NCBI GenBank assembly: GCA_965235115.1
Contig: OZ249436.1
Location: forward strand, 1,428,001-1,492,000
Reading direction: 5' to 3'
Source: Laetmonice hystrix
Taxonomy: Eukaryota
Length of the DNA: 64,000 bases
The stretch's first letter is position 1; each line of letters starts with the position of its first letter. A program made the translations under genes and the position numbers. Positions 38,338 through 51,695 of this stretch are shown one piece after another. The notes beneath the pieces were generated by a model. It was given only the letters and a program-made list of their open reading frames with translations, did not search any database and was not told the origin of the DNA.

Positions 38338-40796
38338 ATCGTAGGGCGATGTACACAACACGTCTTCAGGTATCTGAGACCATGTTCCTGCTGTTGCGAT
38401 AGAAGCGTCACTTCCTCCTGTTCCATGTTGATGACCATGGCGTCACCGAACGCTGGCCCTCCTACCAGGTAAAACTCCTCCCCGACAACCACACCCCGCG
38501 TATGGCCCACACCCCGTGGTAAAGTCGTCGCTAACATACTCCACTGCTCAGTTTCCGGGTCGTAGATTTCTACCTCTAACACAGGAGATATTGCTCCTTC
38601 GTCATCCGTGCCATAGCCGCCACAAACCAAAACATTTTTTTAGCCCCCACAACGGGGGGCTTATAATTCGACCTCCGTCCGTCCGTACGGCCGTACGTCC
38701 GTCCGTATGTCCGTATGTCCGTAGACAGCGATTTCTCAGAAGTGTATGGGTCGATTTCTTTGAAACTTCACACAAGGATCAGGGATAAACTGAGGATGAT
38801 GCACGTCAAACAGATTTTTGATATCATTCAAAATGGCCGCTTGGCGGCCATCTTGGGTGTAAACACATTTTGAGCAATAACTCAGCCAAAACAATCACGA
38901 TTTCTTTCAAACATGGTGCAGGGATGAGGCATAATGAGGGCCAATATGCACCACAATAAAATTTCAATTCAGATCCAAAATGGCGAGATGGTGGCCATAT
39001 TTGTTTCTTGACCCCCACAATGACACTGTTTTGGCTTATATCTCGAAAACGGTGCAAGATGGCGCAATAGTTACTATTATTGATAGATAGGAAGTCATAT
39101 ATGACGTTTCATTTGGCGCCATTTTCGATGACCTTGAGCGACCTTGAAAGGTCAATCAAGGTCATGCATATTTTCAATATCCTGGATCTTCAAAACAATT
39201 AAAGATAACGACATAATCTTGCAAGAAACATTACATAATGATCCGGGACAGTCCACGGATGAGGCAGGTCAAAGATATTTTTGACATCAGTCAAAATGGC
39301 CGCGTGGTGGCCATCTTGGATGTAAACACATTTGGAGTAATAACTCACACAAAACGATCCCGATTTCTTTCAAATTTGGTGGAAAGAAGGTGTATATGAG
39401 GGGCAATGTATATGCCAATGTATTGCCAGATCAGTGCAAATATGGCGACATGGCGGCCATATTAATATTTTACCCCCCCCCCCATAACACTGTTTTGGCT
39501 CATATCTCGAAAACGGTGCAAGATAAGGCAATAGTTATTATTACTGACAGATAGGAAGTCATATATGACGTTTCATTTGGCGCCATTTTCGATGACCTTG
39601 AGCGACCTTGAAAGGTCAATCAAGGTCATGCATATTTGCAATAGCCTGGATCTTCAAAACAGTTAAAGATAACGATATAATCTTGCATGAAACATTACAT
39701 AATGATCCGGGACAGTCCACGGATAAGGCAGGTCAAAGATATTTTTGACATCAGTCAAAATGGCCGCGTGGTGGCCATCTTGGATGTAAACACATTTGGA
39801 GTAATAACTCACACAAAACGATCACGATTTCTTTCATATTTGGTGGAAAGAAGGTGTATATGAGGGGCAATGTATATGCCAATGTATTTCCAGATCAGAG
39901 GAAATATGGCGACATGGCAGCCATATTAATATTTTACCCCCCCCCCCCTCATAACACTGTTTTGGCTCATATCTCGAAAACGGTGCAAGATAAGGCAACA
40001 GTTATTATTATTGATAGATAGGAAGTCATATATGAAGTTTCATTTGGCGTCATTTTCCATGACCTTGAGCGAACTTGAAAGGTCAATCAAGGTCATGCAT
40101 ATTTTAATGGCCTGTACCTCCAAACCAGTTGAAAATAACATCTAATCTTGCATGAAACATTACATAATAACCAGGGACAGTCTAAGGAGGACACAGGTCA
40201 AATATATCATTAAAAATGGCTGCTTGGTGGCCATCTTGGATTTAAAGAAATTCGAAGCAATAACTGACATTTTCTGGATTTCGTTCTTGCTGACAGAATG
40301 CATGAGGGGCAACAAGCGTGCCAAAAGTACGCATAGTTCCCGGACCCACAGATAATTTGTCTCTATCAGTTGGTTCACGCCAGACAATGCTATCAAACTG
40401 TACATAACTGACCTCTAAAGGTCAATCGAGGTCAAGCATATCTACAAAATACTTCATGTCGGATAACACTATCAAACTGTACATAACTGCATAGTTATTG
40501 CAGACACATGCATCTTTACGCCTGATAATGCCATCAAGCTGTACATATAACTGCATAGAACTTTACTAAGTTTACAAAGTTTCATTTGACAATATTTCCT
40601 TTGCCCTTCAAAGATCAGTTGAAGTCGTGCATCGTTTTTTCAAGAATCCATAGTTTGTGGTGGGGGCTTTAAGCTTCACAAGCTTGTTCATTAAGAATTC
40701 AGTCTGCACGCTGCAGAAATGATATGAATGGCCGAATACCCGTCTTGCTCGTAAACCACCGGACCGTGTGGACGTTATATTTGCCCAATAATTATT
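38265..40796 (-). pseudogene. Kelch-repeat coding fragment split by a TE insertion
   Basis: VLVCGGY...VEIYDPETEQW...FYLVGG kelch motifs at 38340-38635. Removing 38636-40687 restores a continuous frame from 40796 (NNYWANITS...EFLMNVLVCGGY). Confidence 0.6.
38636..40687 (+). mobile_element. Non-autonomous Helentron-associated (HINE/DINE-1-like) element
   Basis: Inserted in a TT; 5' palindrome agccccc-acaac-ggggggct; (gtcc)n microsatellite near the 5' end; about three ~480-bp internal repeats; 3' gggggct subterminal repeat plus aagctt-cac-aagctt hairpin. Confidence 0.75.
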
Positions 40797-41245
40797 CAGG
40801 GGCGGATCCAGCTTTTTGCGTTAGGTGGCGACACAGACGTGACTGTACGAGCGCCGAAAGCGCGAAGTCTGCAAGCGCCGAAGGTGCGAAGCCTTCCTAG
40901 GGGGATCCGGCGGCATGCCCTTCCCCCCCCCCCCCCCCCGGAAAATTTTGAAATTCAAGGGTGTAATTTGTTGTAATCCGACGCATTTTGGAGCACAACA
41001 TAAGCTAATCAATGACCAATGTGACCAAGGGGAAAAGGGGCTCCTCAAGTCCTTGGCTATAGATCTAAGCATGAAATCGTGCCGAGCGTATAGCGAGGCA
41101 AAAAAAAAATTTAGGTGGTTTTTATCTTGCGACTGAAAAAACACCTTCTAAATTATAATGTTTGAACCCCCATAAGTTAAAATGTGTGTATCTGCAAAAT
41201 TTTAGGGGGGTTCGAACTCCCTGACCCCCCCTGGATCCGCCAGTG
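40797..41245. mobile_element. MITE, CAGGGGCGGATCC family
   Basis: caggggcggatccag ... ctggatccgccagtg. Confidence 0.75.
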
Positions 41246-42665
41246 ATATATAATCAAGGTCGGAATAGAAATTTCAATACTGTGGCTCTCTATAAAAATC
41301 GATTTCATGCTCCGTGGAAGAAGTTTAGTACCAAAATGAAGGCTGCAAAGTTGCGATAACGGACCTCTTCGCAGAGCGTCCAAGAATCGCTGGGCCAGCA
41401 TCACAACTAAACGGTGTTCTGGAAGACACCGTTCAGAAACTGAACTCTTTCCCGTCCTGTCAAAGCTGGGCGTTACAAACCATTGGCATAAGAAGCTGGG
41501 TGCAGAGGGGGCTGCTGACCCCCCCCCCCCCCCCCCCAATATTAAAATGACCGCAGGCTCAATGCAGAGCCATAGGCGTAAGTCATTGTGACGTCACTTT
41601 TTCCCTTCCTATGCACCACTGCAACCCCCATTTTCAGCATGTCACAACAACTTACGAGGCCCACTGAGCAGTTCTCACGTCACCCTTACAAATTAAGTGG
41701 CATTAATACTGCGGTAAAAACAAGAAAACTGCTCAGCAAACTGAAGGGGGAGCACATCACTCTGTGCCCTCCGAATCAAAGAGTGGCAGGTATTTCTAAC
41801 AATGGTTAAATGACCATAAACAAGATGCCAATTAAAAACGTATACCAAGTCGGACAATTTGCTCGGGCTACAATCAATGCACGTCTTAACTACTTTCACA
41901 AACACGTACTTTCAACCTCATGGCATAAAATCTTTCAGACAGCTTTGTATTAAACTCCAATTAGAAGGTTTCATTTTGTAACCCATTAAAAACAACACCC
42001 TGTTTTTTAGAAACAGATTTCTTGTTCAACATCTTGCACGGTTGTGTGCTATTTAGGTAGGCCTATAGTTGTAAATTTACTCATAACTCGGAGAGTTTTT
42101 GAGATATCTTGATGAAATCTGGAGAGGAGATGCCCACTTATGTGGACACCTCAGCAAATCAAGCAATAACTAGGAAAATACATTGTCTGAAATTTATATC
42201 GTTTAATATAGCAGGGACTTTGGCAGATATGGGCGCCGGTAATTGGTGAGACTGGCGTTGGTGATCTAAAATTCAGTAATGACCTGATGTTAGGCCTACA
42301 AGGTAAGAGATGACAGGGTCGATTAAATTATCGCGTTATTGCGCGATAATTTAGAGGTGTCTCTGCATGGAACACTTAATACTATAGTGACTGTAGTATC
42401 TATAGGCCCTATAGCCTACATGTCCTCATGCAGCAAGTGTTTGTTCTTAAAGTTGCTTACTCAGGCCACTAGACTCTATATACCTACATAGTGAAGAAAT
42501 GGTGGAATTAAACGCTACGGGTCTTATGTAGGCTACAATTATGTTGTCAACTCATAAATAATAGTTTAGACCAACAGAGAAGGTCTACCATTTTGTATAG
42601 ATAGATTTTAAGTATGTCAACAAGCCCCCCCCCCCCCCATCCGTGTCTCGATCAGTTCATGATTC

Positions 42666-43256
42666 TCAGCAAATATTGTCACCTTCAGTAAGGCACCCTA
42701 ACAGAAATGCGTAATGAATAAGTTGTTTCTGGAAACCCGTATTTGAAAGGATCTTTCCTCGAAGATTCTTAACGTTTCTCACAATATCTAAGAGTTTTGA
42801 TTTTCTCTTTGCCATTATATAGGCAATGCAGACAGCAACACTTCGGTTCATTCCCTTTGCACAGTAAACCAGCACCTTTCCGCCTGCGTTGTTGGCCGTT
42901 TCTATAAAATCTGTCGCTTCTTCAAAATGCTGAGATATCTGGTACGACTTTGAATCGTCCGCTTCAAATTGACGGTATGCCAGAATGCCGGCCTCTCCTC
43001 CTCGACAGAAGAGAGGCCGTCGGTTTCTTGTAGTGTATGCGCCTGCGCAGTTCAGAACGTGTGTGATTCCGAGTCCTTTGAGAAGTCCCGGGCTGTTAGC
43101 GTCGCTGTAGTCACCTAGATATAGGTAATGTAGCAACTGGGCTGGGCCGTGGCTGTACCATGAAGTTGATAAGTTCTGATGTGGCTTGCTGTGTAGAATA
43201 TCTTGTAAAAGACCCTGGACTCTTTCTTCATCTGCCTCTGTCATTGCAGACGTCAT
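42666..43256 (-). CDS. Atypical dual-specificity protein phosphatase
   Basis: YLYLGD, LGITHVLNCA, catalytic loop VYCAKGMNRS, AYIM, SNTGFQKQL; single coding exon preceded by an acceptor near 43273. Confidence 0.9.
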   Translation of the reverse strand: MTSAMTEADEERVQGLLQDILHSKPHQNLSTSWYSHGPAQLLHYLYLGDYSDANSPGLLKGLGITHVLNCAGAYTTRNRRPLFCRGGEAGILAYRQFEADDSKSYQISQHFEEATDFIETANNAGGKVLVYCAKGMNRSVAVCIAYIMAKRKSKLLDIVRNVKNLRGKILSNTGFQKQLIHYAFLLGCLTEGDNIC

Positions 43257-43319
43257 TGTCGACGTTCTTCACCTAGAAGAACAAGATAAAAACTGATCTA
43301 CAACATTGTGATTACACTG

Positions 43320-43629
43320 CAGTGGGGGATCCAGGATTTTGATAAGGGGGGGGCCCACCTGAAAAGTTATTGCACTTATAGCCATTTTGGGCCCCTTTTG
43401 ATCTATTTCAATGCGCAATGGCCCATAGTTATGTTGCTCCTGGATGACTGAGGAGGCCCCTTTGGGCCCGATGTTACTATCACGTATAATATAGGAGGCT
43501 TTTTTAAAAAGAATTTTGTTGGAATACTGGTTTCAGGGTCCGAATAATGCATCTTCTTTAAAAAAAAGCGGGGAAAAGGAAAATTTAAGGGGGGCCCGGG
43601 CCCCTTGGGCCCCCCTGGATCCCCCAGTG
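43320..43629. mobile_element. MITE with 5-bp TSD
   Basis: cagtgggggatccagg ... cctggatcccccagtg, with cactg duplicated on both sides. Confidence 0.75.
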
Positions 43630-44256
43630 CACTGTGTATCGTCTAGGTAACTTGGAGAGGGCATTGTGATTACACTGTGTATCGTCTAGGTAAACTAGCT
43701 GATCTACAACATTGTGATTACACTGTGTATCTGATCTAAAACTTTGTAATTACACTGTGTATCGTTTATAGGTAAACTGATCAACAACATTGTGATTAGC
43801 CTACACTGTGTATCGTCTAGGTAACTTGGAGAGGGCATTGTGATTACACTGTGTATCGTCTAGGTAACTTGGAGAGGGCATTATGATTACACTGTGTATC
43901 GTCTAAGTAACTTGGAGAGGGCATTGTGATTACACTGTGTATCGTCTAGGTAACTTGGAGAGGGCATTGTGATTACACTGTGTATCTGATCTACAACATT
44001 GTGATTACACTGTGTACCGTCTAGGTAACTTGGAGAGGGCATTGTGATTACACTGTGTATCGTCTAGATAACTTGGAGAGGGCATTGTGATTACACTGTG
44101 TATCGTCTAGGTAACTTGGAGAGGGCATTGTGATTACACTGTGTACCGTCTAGGTAACTTGGAGAGGGCATTGTGATTACACTGTGTACCGTCAAGGTAA
44201 CTTGGAGAGGGCATTGTGATTACACTGTGTATCGTCTAGGTAACTTGGAGAGGGCC
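43630..44256. repeat. About 44-bp tandem repeat
   Basis: Unit cattgtgattacactgtgtatcgtctaggtaacttggagaggg with variants. Confidence 0.9.
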
Positions 44257-46656
44257 TAACCTACTTTAGGAATTTATCGTACTGATGACGAATATACAGT
44301 ATTAGGCATGTGTTAAAACATGAGAGTAGATTTATTTATCGGTGGTGGACGTATCATAAATGTGCAGGACTATCTCTAAGCAAACAAACTATAGGCTATA
44401 CTGAAGGTATATGTTGCGGCATGATATGTCCGCCTGGCACGATATGTCCGCAGTTTTTTCCTAAAACGACACAATATGTTCGCACGGCACGATATGTCCG
44501 CGTTTTTTTTTTTCAGCAAAAAAGGCACGATATGCCTGCTCGTCAAAATAGTTGGCGTTTTTGTTCTTACAATGCAATATTTGATATATTTATAGAAAAA
44601 GATAATTTGTAGTTGACATGAATTAGGGACTCTACTCAGAACATTTTATGTGTGTGTAATTATGGTGACCCACGTACTGAGTAATTTTACGTATAGGCGC
44701 TTACTTTAATGAAAAGGCAATTTACAAATCCTGCTAATGGAAACCCGAGATCTTTGGATCAATCAGCATTAGGCCTAATGGACACATTTGTAATATTAAT
44801 TAATAGGGGTTTGATCACAGAAAAAATATAAAGTGTCCTCGGCCTATAGCACCAGACCTATATCCCGACTACAGAACCTTTCAGATGTAGGCCCTAGAAC
44901 TGTTTTCTATTGCCATGTTTATAATGTACAGTTACCGGCAAACTTGTGATAGAAATACGATATATGTGACTTTTTCCCCAGCTGAACAAACTTTGCAGGT
45001 GTCTCAATTTCAACCCAGCGTTGTTTAGAGGTTAACGAACATCAATGCTTTCAATGACTATTGGTCACAATGAAGCGTCAGATATCCTAGTGGTAATTAA
45101 ACATCAGGTACAGTTGAAATATCTCACAACTAATCATCAGTTAGGAGCCTAACTTCGCCCTCACCCTAGCCACCTGTATATACTCCTCCGAAATTTCACC
45201 ACACAGAAACCACCTGCTCTAGATCTGACTACTGGCAGCTATAACTGTATGGGAAAACCTGGCCGTTATCGTGCAGAGGTTCCAGCTGATACTCAAACAC
45301 TAAGTCCTCAACACGTTTTTATCGGGCAACATCAACATTTGGCAGACCAGGCTACGTAAAATAGTCCTAAAACTGCGCATGGTGAGAAAACAAATGGTCT
45401 ACGTCTCACTTAACCGCGTTGGGTTAGTTTTAAGGGAGACACCGGGTCCTAACTCCTCCAAATTTCTCTAATTTTCCTTCTCGCAAATATATATAATTAC
45501 ATGTATTGTAATCTGCTTGTCCTATTGGCATTTCACAGAACTTGTTCGGTTCATTGACCGATGAATATTCATTGGTTGTTCAAGTCAATGCCACGTCATC
45601 ATCAACCAGCCATAAGACGTTCGCTTTATGACGACAACGGGAAACTGGAATGTTAAATTTCATTAGATTTCTCCATTTCTGTAGAGATACATTTATTGAT
45701 GAACGTAGTCTAAGGCCTTATCATTATCTACCTCGGCTCGGAACCGGTACAAGAAGAAACACATGCAACTGCAGCTCGGGCTGCATGGTGTGTAACTAGC
45801 TCGCACTTTGCACATTGAAGGAAATGATCGACATGGCCGACTATGACAATGAAAGTCCCTTTCTAACAATTGCCTCTCAAATATTGCTGTATGTTGTATG
45901 TTGATTCGGCCACCGCCGGGTCGGTGTACCCCGAACGCTCGGCACGGATCTCAGTCAAACGTTTTGGATCATATTCACATGACTCGTCGCAGATAAATCC
46001 GCGACAAATCATAGAAAATGTATGCCATCGACCGCATGAGACTGAGAACATTAGTAACTTCTAATTTCACCGGTTTGTCATTTCTTATTCCAGCAGTGTG
46101 CAATTAAAAATGATCAAACCTCGGAGAGTAATATATCGCGACTTAATTAGGTCTTCAGACGTGACTTTGAAACTATATAAAACTTAGAGAAGGTGATTTT
46201 GTAGAAATGGGATAAAGGGAATGTTACTGAAGAATTCAACTCACCTCACGTGGATTAGGTTCAATAAGCACAATTCGGCTGTCTTCTGGAAACACGGTAT
46301 ATTCTAGGCCTATCTTCTTCCCACAAGAAAGAACTCAAACATGAAATGAAGCAATCGGGAGTTGGAAGAGTTTGTGACGGGTGATGATCCTACCGTGATG
46401 TATGTCTGGACGGGTGGAGGAGGGCGACCCGAGTGTGGGGTGGTTGCCGTGATGTATGTCTGAATGTGTGGAGGAGGGCGACCCGAGTGTGGGCTGGTTG
46501 CCGTCTGTGGCATCCTTGTGACTGAGCAGACGATCTGGCTAAAATAGACGCCCCCTTGACGCTGGCGTCTGGTAACGACACGCGCGTTCAGGGAAACACG
46601 AGCCGACACGGAAACTGATCTACCATCGCTCGCACATCGTCCGTGCTACACGCATC

Positions 46657-47222
46657 CTTCTCTATATCCTTGCTATTATTGGCTGTTTCTAAATCTGGAC
46701 TCGACAATATCTCTATATCCTTGCTATTATTGGCTGTTTCTGAATCTGGACTCGACAATATCTTTATATCCTTGCTATTATTGGCTGTTTCTAAACCTGG
46801 ACTCGACAATATCTCTATATCCTTGCTATTATTGGCTGTTTCTAAATCTGGACTCGACAATATCTCTATATCCTTGCTATTATTGGCTGTTTCTAAATCT
46901 GGACTCAACAATATCTCAATTATCCTTGCTATTATTGGCTCTTTCTAAATCTGGACTCGACAATATCTCTATATCCTTGCTATTATTGGCTGTTTCTAAA
47001 TCTGGACTCGACAATATCTCTATATCCTTGCTATATTATTGGCTGTTTCTAAATCTGGACTCGACAATATCTCTATATCCTTGCTATTATTGGCTGTTTC
47101 TAAATCTGGACTCGACAATATCTCCAATCCTTGCTATTATTGGCTGTTTCTAAATCTGGACTCGACAATATCTCTATATCCTTGCTATTATTGGCTGTTT
47201 CTAAATCTGGACTCGACAATAT
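46657..47222. repeat. 54-bp tandem repeat (about 10 units)
   Basis: Unit tctctatatccttgctattattggctgtttctaaatctggactcgacaata. Confidence 0.92.
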
Positions 47223-49079
47223 ACTCACATGTGGTAGGCCGACCATCATTTTGGGATGAGAGTGTCTTTTCATCAAAAAGGACTTTTATTATGCAATCTA
47301 AAGGAACGATCCGCTTCAAGTACATTGTAAATTGGTTTCGGAGCTTCTCTCTTCTGGGTTTGCACTACTATACTTCTTTCTACTTATACTACTTCTTCTT
47401 ATTCTACTGTTCTACCTCCAGTTCTTCTACATCCTCTACTTCTTCCAGCTTCTTCTTCTTATTCGTAATAGGCGATGAATGGGACGAGGACTGGTGAGGA
47501 TGAGAAAATATTGGTTTTCTGAATGGTTTTCCCAGGGCTCCACAACTAGGTCATTAAAAGTGTTTGTATCTCCAGCCGTGGCTGCATGTAACATTTTAAC
47601 AACACTTGCAATTTATCGAAAAGCGTAATTAATGGGTTTCCTTCATCCTAATCATCATTACAACCATCTGGGCGTAAAGATGGTTAAAATATACTGTCGA
47701 TATGGGGCGTAGAAGTTTACTCACTGATACACGTTTAAACTTCTTCTTCTTCTTCTTCTTCTTTTTTTCTTCTTCTTCTTCTTCTTCTTCTTCTTCTTCT
47801 TCTTCTTCTTCTTCTTCTTCTTTGTCTGCTGCTGCTGCTGCTGCTGCTCAGTTTAATTCTCAATGATTTTGCACTTCTAACCCAGACCGCTGGCGCCGCT
47901 TGTCGGTCCCGTCCCGTCACGATCTCCAGTTTAACTTTTAGATTTTAGAAACAGACGGGAGAACATTATGATTTATAGCTGCCGTTAGGTGGCGCTTCCC
48001 ACCACATGAAGCGCCACCTGGTGTAGTGTTGGAGAGGGGACCTCCCCATTAGTCGCCATCACGAACTCCTCCCATCGCCACCGGAATTTCAACAAGTAGG
48101 CCTAGCCTACATTTTAGATCATCATACAAAAATATTTAAATGTATCTCAATACTTCTTCATCTCATAAGGAAATACAATTTTACTTTTGGGTAAAATGAC
48201 GGGAGACCGGGGCACTACGGGAACTGTTTTTCAATTTCCATTTTTGAGCCCGTTTTATTGATGGCAGGACATCCAACTTTTAGAGCATTCATTTACTGCT
48301 TCGGTTTGTAGTTCCTGTGGACCATCGAGAGGGCGCCACGTGGTTGTAGCCGTGATATAGATGGTCGGATCAATAGTAACGTAATGACGAAGGCCTACCA
48401 CAGCTCACCGGCCGCAAATACGGGTCAGAGTGAACTTTTATTTTTAATCTTCTTCTTCTTCTTCTTTTCGCAATTTCCATTCGAAAGATTTTAGGCCTAT
48501 CTCACTGTGATTGCATCTCACCACACTGTAATAAAGACATCTATACAAAGTCTGAAGTCCGAAATTTCGCGGCGCGGCCAGATTTAGATCCACGTTTATT
48601 CAATTTTTCGGCGTTTTGAAAGGGCCTTAATATGGACGGAAAGTATAGGTCTATACACAGACCGCATCACCGGCTAGGATGAGTAGGCCTATAGGCCCCT
48701 TCCGGCATATTCTTGTATGAACCGGATGCCCAGGAATAGTGCCTATAGGCCTACCTACCTATAAAAGCCGTCCCCGTGCCAGTGTGTAGGTTAGCTCAGT
48801 GCAGCCCCGCCCACTGCTGGCCTGAACCAGTGGAGCACGGTCAACTGAGGAAACGAATCCCGGCCTTTAATAATGTTACAAAATGTATAGTGGTTTAACT
48901 TTTTTTTGGGGGGGGGGGGGTCAATCAAGAATCAAGGCGTTTTTTTGTTGTTGTTGTTGTCGTCGTCTTGGTTGTTCCTTAAATTATTTTGATTAGCTCC
49001 TTGTTTTGTTTCTTTGAATTAAAGAGATGTGAAATGGTTATACATGAATGCCATGGTTATCTGAAGCTATGGGTTTACA

Positions 49080-49310
49080 TATTCTATAGGAGTTACGGTT
49101 GAAGTATACATATTCTATAGGAATTACGGTTGAAGTATACATATTCTAGGAATTACGGTTGAAGTATACATATTCTAGGAATTACGGTTGAAGTATACAT
49201 ATTCTAGGAATTACTGCTGAAGTATACATATTCTAGGAATTACGGTTGAAGTATACATATTCTAGGAATTACGGTTGAAGTATACATATTCTAAGATATA
49301 CGGTTGAAGC
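49080..49310. repeat. About 30-bp tandem repeat
   Basis: Unit tattctaggaattacggttgaagtataca; continues degenerately after the MITE to about 49675. Confidence 0.85.
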
Positions 49311-49320
49311 ATAGACTACG

Positions 49321-49580
49321 CAGGGGCGGATCCAGGATTTTGGAAAAGGGGGGGGGGCGGTTGGAATTAAAGGGGGCGGAGCCCTGCTATGGGGGTCTGG
49401 GGGCATGCCCCGGACAATTTTGAACATCTAGAGTCTCTGAAATGGCATTTCCTGCATTCTGCGAAAGCAAAATGTGTGCTTTTACAGTTGCAAATAACAG
49501 AATTTTGCCTTTTTTCTGATTGGTACTCTGACGAAAGGGAGGGGTGGCCCCCTCGCCCCCCCCCCCTAAATCCGCCCCTG
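49321..49580. mobile_element. MITE, CAGGGGCGGATCC family, 5-bp TSD
   Basis: caggggcggat ... atccgcccctg, with ctacg duplicated on both sides. Confidence 0.8.
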
Positions 49581-50507
49581 CTACGTATTCTAGAAAGTAT
49601 GGTTGAAGTAGGCCCTATATTCTAGGAATTACGGTTGAGGAATACGTATTCTATAGGAATTACGGTTGAAGTATACTCTGTATATAGTTTTATGATACTG
49701 TTGTTGACGAGGTGGACACCACCCGTCTGTGCAGCCGTGTAACACACATTCTCCCCAGCCACAGGTATCCACCACCACCACCACCACCACCACCACCACC
49801 TGACCTGGAGAAGGTAGTCCCAGCCTTCCCAGAATAAATCGGTGGAGATCGGAGGGTCGGGTGGCCTTGAGGCGGACGCCCTGCTCGTCAGGTTCACAGC
49901 TGGCTGGTGGGAGGGGAGGCGAGGGGTGGGGGAGAATGGTGGGGAGGGGTGATTATGTTTTCAGGTGCTCGCGAGATCGAGGGTCCGGCTACCGTCGAGT
50001 GTACTGCAACCCCTCGCGGCGCACATACAGTCGTACGGCGACAAACTGCTATAAGATGCAGCATCTTGCATATGGTTCTTAAACAAAACCATAAACCAGG
50101 TTTCGCTTTTTTTATAATCATTGATATTTTACACATGCAATTCGGAACAGAAACGACTAAGATCTGGTATTCATGTTCAAAAAGGTATAGGAAGGCAATA
50201 GACTAATAACAAATCACACTGAAAACAAATAATATTTTTCATAAAAAAAAATCGCATTATATAATAATTATGGTCCAGCCTTTACTAAATGTTGTCCGGT
50301 GACTATCTACATGTTTATTAGGCGTATGCCTATAGGTTCATCGGGCGCTCTGCTATGTATTGATGAGAGCGAACGTCGACATAATATTGTTGATAATGCG
50401 TAGTAATGTGCAAGACTTGACAAAATAATAATATCACATGGTATAGGTAATAAAATATAAATCAAAGTAATATTGATATTAGCATGTTCAGTGTACACTC
50501 GATGATG

Positions 50508-51195
50508 TGAACGTTTAATCACGCTCGATGGTTTCGTCATGGTGGAGTAGGTTCCTCTGACGAGCCAGATAATACATTCAGATCAGTGACGTATATACGT
50601 TTAATCACGTTCGATGGTTTCGTCATGGTGGAGTAGGTTTCTCTGACATTCAGATCAGTGACGTATACGTTTAATCACGTTCGATGGTTTCGTCATGGTG
50701 GGGTAGGTTTCTCTGACATTCAGATCGGTGACGTGTAAGTTTAATCACGTTCGATGGTTTCGTCATGGTGGAGTAGGTTTCTCTGACGAGCCAGATGGTA
50801 TATTCAGATCCGTGACGTATACGTTTAATCACGTTCGATGGTTTCGTCATGGTGGAGTAGGTTTCTCTGACATTCAGATCCGTGACGTATACGTTTAATC
50901 ACTCTCGATGGTTTCGTCATGGTGGAGTAGGTTTCTCTGACGAGCCAGATGGTATATTCAGATCAGTGACGTATAGGCTACGTTTAATCACGTTCGATGG
51001 TTTCGTCATGGTGGAGTAGGTTTCTCTGACATTCAGATCGGTGATACCTACGTTTAATCACGCTCGATGGTTTCGTCATGGTGGAGTAGGTTTCTCTGAC
51101 GAGCCAGATAGTACATTCAGATCAGTGACGTATACGTTTAATCACGTTCGATGGTTTCGTCATGGTGGAGTAGATTTCTCTGACGAGCCAGATGG
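50508..51195. repeat. About 70/88-bp tandem repeat derived from the 3' end of the second DUSP CDS
   Basis: Unit cgtttaatcacgttcgatggtttcgtcatggtggagtaggtttctctgac... is the reverse complement of the last codons and stop of 51138-51695. Confidence 0.9.
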
Positions 51196-51695
51196 ATGAG
51201 CTGACGTTGGAACCCGTCGCTCACACAGACAATACCTCTCTGCTCCTTCACTCTCGTGAAAACGTCCAATAAGGACGCCTGGTACTCCAACATGAGATAT
51301 GCCACACAGAGGGCGCCACTGCGGTTCACACCTAGCCCGCAGTGAATGAAAACACGCGCTTTCTCGTCCCTTGCCTTATCAATGACTCGTTGTACTTCCG
51401 GGAGGTGCTGCATGAGATCGTAATCTCCATCATCTTGAGCGTATATATCGACATATTCCTTGATACAGCCAGATTGAGCATACAAGTCTTGGTTGTCAAT
51501 CGTAAGCGCTGAACAGTTGATGACGTAGCTTATTCCCAATCTGCGCAAGAGTCCAATGTTGCTTGCATCCTCGGCACTTCCAAGATAAAGATATTCAGTA
51601 AGTTGTGTCGGTTCTGGATCAATCCACACAGGTTCCTCACTTAGGATCTCCTGCATTCGACTCTCAAACATAGAGTCTTCAGCAATGGCCATCAT
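51138..51695 (-). CDS. Atypical dual-specificity protein phosphatase (paralog of 42666-43256)
   Basis: PTQLTEYLYLGS, LGISYVINC, catalytic loop IHCGLGVNRS, AYLM, GFQRQL; polypyrimidine acceptor at 51704-51719; in-frame ATG at 51695. Confidence 0.9.
   Translation of the reverse strand: MMAIAEDSMFESRMQEILSEEPVWIDPEPTQLTEYLYLGSAEDASNIGLLRRLGISYVINCSALTIDNQDLYAQSGCIKEYVDIYAQDDGDYDLMQHLPEVQRVIDKARDEKARVFIHCGLGVNRSGALCVAYLMLEYQASLLDVFTRVKEQRGIVCVSDGFQRQLIHLARQRNLLHHDETIERD

Noticed and set aside
45780..47500. Coding-looking minus-strand segments, including the LSSPDLETANNSKDIE repeat ORF
   Set aside because: Interrupted by stops, with no family motif I can recognise and no consistent exon chain
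48755..50082. TATA-like cctataaaag followed by possible small plus-strand exons
   Set aside because: No coherent ORF or recognisable product could be assembled
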